Positions 17,396 through 25,900 of a DNA stretch of 32,000 nucleotides are shown in pieces (position 1 is the stretch's first letter; each line of letters begins with the position of its first letter). A model generated the notes under the pieces. The model made no database searches. It saw only the letters and a list, made by a program, of their open reading frames with translations, and had not been told where the DNA came from. Origin of the DNA: Crocosphaera subtropica ATCC 51142 (GTDB lineage: Bacteria; Cyanobacteriota; Cyanobacteriia; Cyanobacteriales; Microcystaceae). The stretch covers positions 570,001 to 602,000 of the forward strand of contig NC_010546.1 in the NCBI RefSeq assembly GCF_000017845.1. Reading direction: 5' to 3'. A program made the position numbers and the translations under genes.

Positions 17396-18235
17396 ATGAT
17401 TAAACTCAAAAAAATATATATGATTTTACTTATCGGCAGTGTTATTTCTGTTGCCAATATAACGCTAAATTTAACGGAAAGTTTGAGTCAAGAAACCCCA
17501 AACACTACCGAAGAGAATGTTTCAGAAGAGTCAGAAGAAACCCCATCGTTGACGGCAGTACAATGGTATAACAAAGGAGTTGATGAAATCGACGCAGGAA
17601 ACTATCAAGCAGCCATAGAAGCGTTTACTGAGTCTATTAAACTGGATGAAACCGATGCAGATGCCTATTATAATCGGGGCTATTCTTACTTAGTTTTAGA
17701 GCAATTTGAAGAAGCCATTAATGATTATAATAAAGCGATTGAATTAAATGCTGAATTTGCCTATGCTTATGGTAATCGCTGTTACGCTTATTATCAACTA
17801 AAAAATTATGAACAGTCTATTAAAGATTGTTCTCAAGCTATCGAATTAGAAGCAAATTATGCAGACTTTTATATTTATCTCGGCAATGCAAAAGATGATT
17901 TAAAAATGCACCAAGCAGCCATATTAGCCTACAATCAGGCCATTGCTATCAATGAAAATAATCCTAAAGCATATTATAATCGTGCCTTAGCTTATAATCG
18001 TTTAGGACAGTCCCTGCAAGCAGTAGAAGACTATACCAAAGCCATTCAATTCAATCCCAATTTTGCTGATGCTTATCATAACCGAGGGGTGACTCGATTT
18101 AAACTAAAAGAAATAGAAAAAGCGATCGCAGATTTAGAAAAAGCAGCCGAATTATTCAATGCTCAAGGGAACACAGATAACGCCCAACACGCTATGAATA
18201 CGTTGGAGCAACTACAAACAGAAGAATCCCTTTAA
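17396..18235 (+). CDS. TPR-repeat protein with an N-terminal signal/anchor
   Basis: Repeated A..YYNRG/A..Y..AI..NP TPR units and a hydrophobic N-terminus. The ATG at 17396 is preferred over the track's TTG at 17372. Confidence 0.75.
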   Translation: MIKLKKIYMILLIGSVISVANITLNLTESLSQETPNTTEENVSEESEETPSLTAVQWYNKGVDEIDAGNYQAAIEAFTESIKLDETDADAYYNRGYSYLVLEQFEEAINDYNKAIELNAEFAYAYGNRCYAYYQLKNYEQSIKDCSQAIELEANYADFYIYLGNAKDDLKMHQAAILAYNQAIAINENNPKAYYNRALAYNRLGQSLQAVEDYTKAIQFNPNFADAYHNRGVTRFKLKEIEKAIADLEKAAELFNAQGNTDNAQHAMNTLEQLQTEESL

Positions 18236-18254
18236 CTGATATTCTAGTAACAAG

Positions 18255-18280
18255 AAAGCCTGCTGATGCAGGCTTTATCT
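18255..18280. terminator. Bidirectional terminator between the convergent TPR gene and petJ
   Basis: AAAGCCTGC-TGAT-GCAGGCTTT is a perfect 9-bp stem flanked by A and T runs. Confidence 0.7.
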
Positions 18281-18298
18281 TATAAAATTAACTATCTG

Positions 18299-18323
18299 GC
18301 CATAGTCTCTATCTATGGCTTTT
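18299..18323 (+). terminator. Second hairpin with a T-run in the same convergent gap
   Basis: GCCATAG-TCTCTAT-CTATGGC followed by TTTT. Confidence 0.45.
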
Positions 18324-18325
18324 AC

Positions 18326-18661
18326 TTACCATCCCGCTTCTGCTTGACTTAAGACATAAGCTGCCACATCTTCAATTTGTGTGTCTGTTAAACGTCCCAA
18401 AAAAGCCGGCATTGCAGCTTTCCCCTTAGTCACCTGAGCAATGATGGCTTCTTCACTCAACATTTTATTGTTCTCTAAAGCATCTTTGGTTAAGCCTTTA
18501 CTCGCTCCAGCTACCACATTACCGCCTCCCATATGACAAGAGGCGCAGTTAGCGGTGAAAATGCCTTTACCTGCAGCAGCATCACCAGCTAAGGCAGGGG
18601 ACACAAAACTGAAACAAAAAAAGGCAAAAAGAAGCAAAATAAGGGACAATAATCTTTTCAT
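18326..18661 (-). CDS. petJ: Cytochrome c6
   Basis: Signal peptide, heme motif [10 protein letters not shown], and an axial Met context (KGKAAMPAF). The length is typical of pre-cytochrome c6. Confidence 0.9.
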   Translation of the reverse strand: MKRLLSLILLLFAFFCFSFVSPALAGDAAAGKGIFTANCASCHMGGGNVVAGASKGLTKDALENNKMLSEEAIIAQVTKGKAAMPAFLGRLTDTQIEDVAAYVLSQAEAGW

Positions 18662-18676
18662 CGTGTTCTCCTTACA

Positions 18677-18699
18677 AAGATCAATCCATTATTGATCTT
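18677..18699 (-). promoter_or_regulatory. Perfect 9-bp inverted repeat in the petJ leader, next to its RBS
   Basis: AAGATCAAT-CCATT-ATTGATCTT lies 16-38 nt upstream of the petJ start codon (18661). The RBS GGAGAA is at 18666-18671 on the minus strand. Confidence 0.35.
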
Positions 18700-18717
18700 C
18701 TCTATAAGTTCTGAGTC

Positions 18718-18729
18718 TGTCAAAAGACA
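18718..18729. promoter_or_regulatory. TGTC-N4-GACA dyad, petJ-proximal
   Basis: TGTCAAAAGACA. The same dyad type recurs at 18791-18802. Confidence 0.3.
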
Positions 18730-18790
18730 CAGTGTCAAACTTCCTACACGCTCAAGGTTTAGATGGGTTATTAGCAAAATAATTTTCTTT

Positions 18791-18802
18791 TGTCCAAAGA
18801 CA
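18791..18802. promoter_or_regulatory. TGTC-N4-GACA dyad, abutting the petE -35
   Basis: TGTCCAAAGACA ends 3 nt before the TTGTAA -35 hexamer. Confidence 0.3.
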
Positions 18803-18804
18803 GC

Positions 18805-18833
18805 TTGTAAAACGTCTTCGTTTTACTTATAAT
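18805..18833 (+). promoter_or_regulatory. Candidate sigma70-type petE promoter
   Basis: TTGTAA (18805-18810), a 17-nt spacer, then TATAAT (18828-18833). It lies 66 nt upstream of the petE ATG. Confidence 0.45.
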
Positions 18834-18899
18834 CAGAAACGGACAGAAATACAGACAAAACTCCAGTTTTGCCTGAAGGAACTAATAGGGAATAATATA

Positions 18900-19259
18900 A
18901 TGTCTAAGAAACTAGGTTTACTCGTTGCTACTGTTGCTCTTGTTATCTCCAGCTTCTTCATTGCTGTTAGCCCCGCCGCAGCAGCCACCGTTGAAGTTAA
19001 AATGGGTTCTGACTCTGGGATGTTGGCCTTTCAACCCGAAAAAATAGAAATTAGCCCAGGAGACACCGTTAAATGGGTTAATAACAAGTTAGCTCCCCAT
19101 AACGTTGTTTTTGAAGGAGCTGATGACCATAACCACAAATCACTTGTTTTCTCTCCTGGAGAAAGTTTTGAGGAAACCTTCAACGAGCCTGGAGAATATA
19201 CTTACTACTGCGAACCCCACCGTGGTGCTGGCATGGTTGGTAAGGTAATTGTCAAGTAA
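18900..19259 (+). CDS. petE: Plastocyanin
   Basis: Signal peptide. The type-1 Cu ligands are in the PHNVVF and [13 protein letters not shown] contexts. Confidence 0.9.
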   Translation: MSKKLGLLVATVALVISSFFIAVSPAAAATVEVKMGSDSGMLAFQPEKIEISPGDTVKWVNNKLAPHNVVFEGADDHNHKSLVFSPGESFEETFNEPGEYTYYCEPHRGAGMVGKVIVK

Positions 19260-19290
19260 TTGTCATTATTCTTAACAATTCAAACGCTTG

Positions 19291-19320
19291 GCCTACGAAT
19301 CTAATATTCGTGGGCATTTT
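19291..19320 (+). terminator. Terminator after petE
   Basis: GCCTACGAAT-CTAAT-ATTCGTGGGC pairs at 9 of 10 positions, followed by ATTTTTATT. Confidence 0.6.
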
Positions 19321-19988
19321 TATTGCCTAAAGGCTGATAAACGTTTCATCAACAGTTCAGCCTGTTGTGTAATGAGATTCCACTCTTGATGTTTTAAAGC
19401 ATGATGAGGAAATAATTGACTCGATAAGCCAACTGCGATCGCCCCTGCTTCGATAAAATAGGCTGCATTATCTAGAGTTACCCCTCCTGTGGGGATGAGA
19501 GGAATTGACCCTAAAGGACCTTGTAACCCTTTTATATAGGCAATACCGCCAATGGCCTGTACTGGAAAAACTTTAACACAACTGGCTCCCCCTTGCCAAG
19601 CGGTGATAATTTCTGTGGGGGATAAAGCACCAGGAATGATAGGAATATGGTGATCAATGGCTGTTTTCATCAGGGTTTGATGAACATGGGGGGTAAAACA
19701 GAATTGAATACCAGCAGCGATCGCTTTTTCTAAGTCTTCTAGGGTTAAAATGGTGCCGGTGCCAATAATACATTCAGGTAAATCTTGTTTTAATTGTTGA
19801 ATAATGTTAGCAGGTTGGTGACTATTCCAAGTAATTTCAACAATTTTCATGCCCCCGGCTGCTACTGCTTTAGCCATGTTAATCCCTTCTTCTATACTAT
19901 CAGTGCGAATAACAGCAATCGCACGATGTTGTTGTAATAATTTTTGCCAAGACTGTGAGGGTTTCAATGCAGAATCTACTATCACCAA
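19320..19988 (-). CDS. eda: KDPG/KHG aldolase (Eda)
   Basis: Eda-like throughout (AIAVIR, GGMKIVEITWNS, GTGTI, IPG, VKVFP with the Schiff-base Lys, PTGGV). No ATG is available, so the start is TTG (19988) or GTG (19985). Confidence 0.85.
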   Translation of the reverse strand: MVIVDSALKPSQSWQKLLQQHRAIAVIRTDSIEEGINMAKAVAAGGMKIVEITWNSHQPANIIQQLKQDLPECIIGTGTILTLEDLEKAIAAGIQFCFTPHVHQTLMKTAIDHHIPIIPGALSPTEIITAWQGGASCVKVFPVQAIGGIAYIKGLQGPLGSIPLIPTGGVTLDNAAYFIEAGAIAVGLSSQLFPHHALKHQEWNLITQQAELLMKRLSAFRQ

Positions 19989-19997
19989 TATGATTGA

Positions 19998-20237
19998 TTA
20001 TTGAATATGAGAACTAGGAGGGTTTAATTGGTAGGTTTGTTGACGTTCAATGGTTTCAACTCCTTCAATTTGAGCGACATGATTGAGTTGCTCTGAGGAA
20101 ATTGAACCGTTGATAATACCAATATTAGCTAAGGTTTGCGTTACTGTCATCCCAGAGGATTGTAACTTTTGTGCTATTTGCTCAATTTTAGACAAATGGG
20201 CATCATCAACACATATAGATACTTGAACGTTTGACAT
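19998..20237 (-). CDS. Small protein resembling a subtilase propeptide (I9-like)
   Basis: 79 aa, ending 9 nt upstream of eda. It aligns by eye with the N-terminal pro-region of the neighbouring S8 protease (LANIGII..S..QL....EGVETIE vs LSNLGIAV.D..RL....VLSVEPE). Confidence 0.6.
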   Translation of the reverse strand: MSNVQVSICVDDAHLSKIEQIAQKLQSSGMTVTQTLANIGIINGSISSEQLNHVAQIEGVETIERQQTYQLNPPSSHIQ

Positions 20238-20378
20238 TTGCTTACCTTCAATGGAAGTTCAGAATGGCTAATTATGTAGATAGATATAATTGGGCCTAGA
20301 TTAACGTGAATTCGGGATAAGCTCAACGGCTAATAAAATCGTTGCCTAAAACACCCATTATTTTGTTAAATATGATCT

Positions 20379-20413
20379 AACTCCGACCTCCGAACCCCTA
20401 ACCCCGAACTCAG
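20379..20413. repeat. GAGTTCG/GGGTTCG-family heptamer array (reverse orientation)
   Basis: AACTCCG ACCTCCG AACCCCT AACCCCG AACTCAG is the reverse complement of the family seen at 10545 and 27709. Confidence 0.75.
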
Positions 20414-20456
20414 GTTAGATTACATCTACCTACCCATTATGCTAACAAAATTGAAG

Positions 20457-21776
20457 TTAAATAGGTGCTTGAACTAGACCGACTCCCACATCAGTAACAG
20501 GCAGAGGTAATGTTTTCGCATTAGCTATCAGTACATTCCAAAGATCCATGCCTCGTTTTCCAGTGGACTCAGCGTATAAGGCAGCAATTCCTGCTACATG
20601 GGGGGTGGCCATACTGGTTCCACTAATGGCTTTGTATCTTGAGGGTGGATTGGGATCAATACCAAATGGTGTCATTTGTGGAATGGTATCCGTTGAATAG
20701 GTAGAATAAATTTCAGGCAAAGGGGGTTGGCCTGCATTACCCCCAGGTCCTGCAATATTAACTTCTCCCCCATTCGGATTAATCGCCCCATTGGAGTAAA
20801 AAGACACTCCCAAGTCAGGATGTACAGCAGCCACTCCCATAATTGAAGGGCAGTTAGCAGGACGACCAACAGGACTAATAAAACCGGGTCTGCTACTCTC
20901 ATTTCCAGTAGCAGCAATAATTAACGTGCCTCGTCTCAAAGCCCGTTGAGCAATTCTTTCGTAAGATCGGGGGAAGGGATCACCAGGGAAGGTTCTCGCA
21001 CCTAACGACATAGAGATAATGTCACAGTTGTTGGCAATTGCCCAACTAATCCCCTCTAAAATACCGCCATCAGGTCCAGATCCCTGATTACTCAATACTT
21101 TTCCTGCAAAAATTTCTGCATTATAAGCAATACCATAACGCATGGGAGAAGCTGGAGCGGGTGGATTGAACGGACCACAAGCGGTTCCAATACAGTGAGT
21201 CCCATGACCATTCAAATCTTGAACCGCTTCCCCTTTAATAAAAGATTCGCTGGTAATGGCACGACCCACAAAATCTGGGTGTTTTAAATCTAAACCTGTA
21301 TCAAGTACAGCTACCTTAATGCCAGCACCGCTATATTTACTATTGATGACATTAGTGGCTTGTAGTCCCCAAGTGGCAACACCATCAGAAAAAGCAGCGG
21401 CCGTTACTTTTTGTGGGGATGTCACCGTTTCAGCGGTTAAATTGTCTACCAGATGGGTAATAGCATCTTTATACCCTTGAAGATAGTGAGCGGTACTTTC
21501 ACTGATTCTATTACCACTAAGGGCATACATAATCTGTTCTGGTTCAACAGATAAGACAGGTTCTGAACCAGCCACGGCTGAACTAAGGGACTGTAGGCGA
21601 TCGGGATCGAGAGTAACCACTGCAATCCCTAAATTACTTAATACTGACATATCAGACTCTCTCACCCCTGTGGAGTTGGTAATGGCTGATATGCCTGAAC
21701 TTAAATCTTCTTCGGGTAGTACGATAATATAACGACCTGTTGTTTGTATGGGTCTATTCAAGGAACTATAAGTCAT
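20457..21776 (-). CDS. Subtilisin-family (S8) serine peptidase with an N-terminal propeptide-like region
   Basis: Catalytic triad contexts VAVLDTGLD, HGTHCIGT and SGTSMATPHVAG. The ATG at 21776 has a GGAGAG RBS about 11 nt upstream and is preferred over the track's TTG at 21839. Confidence 0.85.
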   Translation of the reverse strand: MTYSSLNRPIQTTGRYIIVLPEEDLSSGISAITNSTGVRESDMSVLSNLGIAVVTLDPDRLQSLSSAVAGSEPVLSVEPEQIMYALSGNRISESTAHYLQGYKDAITHLVDNLTAETVTSPQKVTAAAFSDGVATWGLQATNVINSKYSGAGIKVAVLDTGLDLKHPDFVGRAITSESFIKGEAVQDLNGHGTHCIGTACGPFNPPAPASPMRYGIAYNAEIFAGKVLSNQGSGPDGGILEGISWAIANNCDIISMSLGARTFPGDPFPRSYERIAQRALRRGTLIIAATGNESSRPGFISPVGRPANCPSIMGVAAVHPDLGVSFYSNGAINPNGGEVNIAGPGGNAGQPPLPEIYSTYSTDTIPQMTPFGIDPNPPSRYKAISGTSMATPHVAGIAALYAESTGKRGMDLWNVLIANAKTLPLPVTDVGVGLVQAPI

Positions 21777-22285
21777 AAGACTGTTTTCTCTCCTATTTAA
21801 CTTTCTTGAATACCAAGTATCTCCAACCATTAATCTCAAACTTCGGGGTAGCCGTCTTCTTTTAAGACAGGAGAGTCTTTTCTATTAGGGAACACAATAT
21901 AGCTCGTCTATTTGAATCGTGAACGTACTTGTTGAGAGGAGGGAACAGGTTTACACTGAGCTTAGTCGAAGTGGAACGGGGAACAGAAGATTTTCACAAC
22001 TCATTGAAACTGGCTATATAAAAAACAAATATAAAAATAAGACATAACTCTCGCACGCCTCAGACGTACTATCTATAGATGAAATCACGATTGAATCATG
22101 GGAGATTTCTATTCTTCATTACCTTATCATTTTAAAATGAAAACATAACTAAGTTATGACAATCTAGTTATAAAAATTAATTTAACGAGGGTCTATTTTA
22201 AACAAAAGCTAAGTTTAATAAAAAAATAGTAACATTGAGTCTATCTCTGAACTTTTGAAGGGAGGATACATAAACAAATTTATGA

Positions 22286-23413
22286 TTAATTTTTAAAAGT
22301 TCCATTAATAACTAAATTATCTCGATGTACAATAGTCCCTCCTCCATCATACCCTAATAATTCTGGAATTTGATTGGAGTGATTTCCTTTTATTTTATTA
22401 ATCTCTTCTTGATTATAATTAACAATACCTCTAGCAATTTCTTGACCAGTTTCATCACACAATTGAACTGCATCTGCTGAATCAAAACTGCCTTCGACTT
22501 TAAGAATTCCTGCTGCTAACAAAGACTTTCCTTTTTGAGAAATCGCTTTAACTGCACCCTTATCGAGATACAATTTTCCTCTAGGTAATAAACCATAGGC
22601 GATCCAACGTTTTCGAGCATTATCATTCTTTAATTGTGCCTCAAATTTGGTGCCAATATCTTCTCCATTAATTATTTTTAATAAGTTTTCTGGTTTTTTT
22701 CCGTGGGTGATAACCGTGGTCACCCCTACAGATGTAGCCAGTCTTGCTGCTGTGAGTTTGGTTGACATTCCTCCTGTTCCCCATTGAGATCCTTTATTCC
22801 CTGCTTTAACTTGTAATTGGTCTAATTGTAAACTGTTAACAACTTTGATAGGTTTAGCATCAGGAAAAGTGCGAGGATCAGCTGAATAAAGTCGATCAAC
22901 ATCCGTTAAAATAAACAACCAATTGGCATTAATTAAACTAGCGACTAAAGCAGAAAGGGTATCATTATCTCCAAATTTTAACTCTTCAATAGCCACCGTA
23001 TCGTTTTCATTAACAATAGGAATAACCCCTAATTCAAACAGCGCATCAAAGGTATTTTTAGCATTGACATAACAACTCCGTTCCATTAATTCTCTACGAG
23101 TTAACAAAATTTGAGCAATGGGTTGATTTAAAGCGGTAAAAAGGTCATCATAAACCCGAATTAATCGGCCTTGTCCTACGGCGGCAATCGCTTGTTTGGT
23201 GGCTATTTTTTTGGGTCTTTCTGTTAACTTTAAACGACTACAACCCACTCCCACTGCACCAGATGAAACTAAAACAACATCGTAGCCTAATTGTCGTAAT
23301 TCTGTTAAAGTTTCCACAAGAGCAGCAATAGTTGATAAAGCTAATTTTCCTGTCTCTGGTTGAGCAAGACTAGAGGTACCAATTTTAATAACGATAGTCT
23401 GGGAGTGGTTCAT
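22286..23413 (-). CDS. proB: Glutamate 5-kinase
   Basis: Amino-acid kinase N-terminus ([21 protein letters not shown]), a C-terminal PUA domain, 375 aa. Confidence 0.9.
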   Translation of the reverse strand: MNHSQTIVIKIGTSSLAQPETGKLALSTIAALVETLTELRQLGYDVVLVSSGAVGVGCSRLKLTERPKKIATKQAIAAVGQGRLIRVYDDLFTALNQPIAQILLTRRELMERSCYVNAKNTFDALFELGVIPIVNENDTVAIEELKFGDNDTLSALVASLINANWLFILTDVDRLYSADPRTFPDAKPIKVVNSLQLDQLQVKAGNKGSQWGTGGMSTKLTAARLATSVGVTTVITHGKKPENLLKIINGEDIGTKFEAQLKNDNARKRWIAYGLLPRGKLYLDKGAVKAISQKGKSLLAAGILKVEGSFDSADAVQLCDETGQEIARGIVNYNQEEINKIKGNHSNQIPELLGYDGGGTIVHRDNLVINGTFKN

Positions 23414-23443
23414 AAATAGTAGAATAAATCAATAATAAAACTG

Positions 23444-24487
23444 TTATCTAGCAGCCCTTAACGCAGCCCCAATTAAACCAACTTTAGGATTTAAAATAAC
23501 ATAAACAGGCATTTGAGCTAACAGTGAACTCATACGTCCTTTAGCCTTAAAAGCTTCTATGAAAGATCCTTTTTTCAATAAAGGTAATATTTTAGCAGCA
23601 ATTCCTCCTGCTACATATAAACCTCCGTAGGGTAATATTTTTAAAGCTAAATTTCCAGCTTCTGCGCCGTAAGCTGAAATAAATAGTTCCATTGTTTGTT
23701 GACATAAAGCATCATTATTTTCCATCGCTGCTTTAGACACTTCTGCACTTAAATCCACCTTTTGTTTACTTTCCCAAGCTTGATAAATTTCTTTGAATTT
23801 TTCTGATTCTTTTTCAGGATATTTATGACGTAAGAATTGATATATCGCACTAATTCCCATACCAGAAACAATCCTTTCTATGGACACTCTAGGTAAATTA
23901 TAGTTATCTTGAATATAAGTTAATAATTCAAATTCTAGTTCATTTCGTGGCGCAAAGTCTCCATGAGATCCTTCTGAAGAAAATACCTCATAAATACCAC
24001 TTTCTAAAGGGGTCAAAAAACATTCTCCTAACCCCGTTCCGGCACCTAAAACTGCCATCGGCGTATTAGGTTTGGGTTCCATATCTTGTAAGATGTATAA
24101 ATCATCTTTTTCTAACCCCAAAATACCGTAACCAATAGCAGCAAAATCATTAATCAGATTCACTCTTTCTAAAGATAACTGTTTTTCTAAGCGATCGCCA
24201 GTTAATGACCAACTTAAATTGGTTAATTCTGAGGTATTATTAACCACTGGTCCAGCAATACCAAAACAGCCATTTTTGATGGTAATTTCTTGTTCTAATT
24301 CTTGTTTAGCTTCTTTTAAAAATTCTTGAACAATAGGAACTAAATCATCATAGTTTTGACTGGGATAAGATTTTTCATACAAGGTAGTTTGTTGAGGTAA
24401 ATTTTCTCCATTTTTAGGCTGTTCCGAATTAACTAAACGTAAAATTGTTTTAGTTCCTCCAATATCGCCAGCGAGTAATACAGTCAT
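23444..24487 (-). CDS. glk: Glucokinase
   Basis: LAGDIGGTKT ATP-binding motif and Glk-type length and pattern (GAGTGLG, GGLYVAGGI). Confidence 0.88.
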   Translation of the reverse strand: MTVLLAGDIGGTKTILRLVNSEQPKNGENLPQQTTLYEKSYPSQNYDDLVPIVQEFLKEAKQELEQEITIKNGCFGIAGPVVNNTSELTNLSWSLTGDRLEKQLSLERVNLINDFAAIGYGILGLEKDDLYILQDMEPKPNTPMAVLGAGTGLGECFLTPLESGIYEVFSSEGSHGDFAPRNELEFELLTYIQDNYNLPRVSIERIVSGMGISAIYQFLRHKYPEKESEKFKEIYQAWESKQKVDLSAEVSKAAMENNDALCQQTMELFISAYGAEAGNLALKILPYGGLYVAGGIAAKILPLLKKGSFIEAFKAKGRMSSLLAQMPVYVILNPKVGLIGAALRAAR

Positions 24488-24536
24488 AATAAATTTATCC
24501 TCTATTTTCTTCTTTTCTTAGTTTAATCAAAAGGGG

Positions 24537-25406
24537 TTATTCTGTAAAATAGTCGTTATCTATTTTTTTGATAGCATAAGATTCAACCAAAGAAACCCCT
24601 ACGTTATAATCAATTAATAATGCACTCAGTCTTTCCCCATCAATTAAAATAATTTCACTATCGATCATGGTAATATATTCTATCGCTTCTTTACTAAAAT
24701 TAGAAGTAGTAATAAATATGCCCTGTTTAGCTTGTTTTCCTAATAATGCCCCGGCAAATTTTTGTATTTCTGGCCTACCAACAGTATTCTCCCAACGTTT
24801 AGCTTGAATATAGATAATATCTAATCCTAACCTATCCTCTTTGATAATACCATCAATGCCCCCATCGTTAACTTGTCCTACTGCTTCACCTGCTTCTTTT
24901 CTTGATCCTCCGTATCCCATAGCAATTAATAAATCAATAACTAATTTTTCAAAAAAATTAGGAGAATATTGTTTAATGTTTTCTAATAGTTCTTTTTTAA
25001 GTTCTTCTCTAATTTTCAGATAAATTTTTCCTAATTGTTCCTGTGGTGTTTCGTTGTCTTCTATTTCTTCTAACTGCTGATCAGACTCAGAAGACAATAA
25101 ATGATTATGTTGCTTTTTTGTATTATTGGTAAAATCAATAAATTCAGGAAACTGCTTCAAAAATTTAGCATCAATTTCTTGAATACTATTATCGTTTAGG
25201 ACTTTTTTCCCTTTTTGGGTTATTTTAAAATATCCCCATTTCGTACTCTCTAATAAATCGGCTTTTTTAAAATAAGTTTTTGCCCACCCAACCCTATTAT
25301 CAAAAATAGCTTGTTTCCCACTGGGTAATAACTGTTTTCTTTCTTCATGAGTTAGATTAAAAAAAGAATAGATACACTCAACTGCAAAACAAGTGTATCC
25401 ATTCAA
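24537..25406 (-). CDS. mrr: Mrr-family restriction endonuclease, apparently 5'-truncated (possible pseudogene)
   Basis: Mrr_N winged-helix remnant (FNLTHEERKQLLPSGKQAIFDNRVGWAKTY) and Mrr catalytic core (GIDGII....IYIQAKRW). Only a TTG start is available, with a stop 2 codons upstream. About 20 N-terminal residues are missing. Confidence 0.7.
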   Translation of the reverse strand: MNGYTCFAVECIYSFFNLTHEERKQLLPSGKQAIFDNRVGWAKTYFKKADLLESTKWGYFKITQKGKKVLNDNSIQEIDAKFLKQFPEFIDFTNNTKKQHNHLLSSESDQQLEEIEDNETPQEQLGKIYLKIREELKKELLENIKQYSPNFFEKLVIDLLIAMGYGGSRKEAGEAVGQVNDGGIDGIIKEDRLGLDIIYIQAKRWENTVGRPEIQKFAGALLGKQAKQGIFITTSNFSKEAIEYITMIDSEIILIDGERLSALLIDYNVGVSLVESYAIKKIDNDYFTE

Positions 25407-25900
25407 TGAAACCTAATACCCGTGTCCCTCGTCTATTAGAAAAAAGGTCACAGTATTAGTATGTATTCAATTAATCAAAAGATAAAAATGAAAAGCCTTC
25501 GGGCGTCTTGCCGTGTTTCGACTCCAAAGGCGTTTTCATATCACTCTTACTCCTCACACACAAGAATAATATAGCAAGGTAAATACTCGAAGCCAATCTC
25601 AGTTATGACACTTTATTAATTGTCACACTTTATCTTTTACAAAGACAGATTAAGATCAGCTACAATCTAGACACTGACTGAATTGTAAGATCATGATTTA
25701 TAGATGATTAGATTCATTAGTCTTTTTAGTCACGGAAGATTGCTAGGTTAAGCTTTATAATTGGGCATACTATTAAAAGGAATCTCACTCAGTCGGTTGG
25801 CAACCAGATAGGAAATAATCAACAAAACTTCCTCGACGGTACTGGCAATGTGAGAAACTCAAAGGTAGTTAATTTTCGTTACTTTTTATTCTTTGCACCT

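Noticed and set aside
20672-21480. ORFs 20672-20917(-) and 21256-21480(+) within the protease gene, plus 24841-25023, 28105-28296, 30320-30571 and 31168-31479 within other genes
   Set aside because: They are shadow ORFs inside genes with strong family signatures in another frame or strand.
21777-21839. Upstream TTG/ATG extensions of the S8 protease, and similarly GTG 25850 for the hydrolase and TTG 17372 for the TPR gene
   Set aside because: The downstream ATGs have better RBS or signal-peptide context. The extensions add non-homologous residues.
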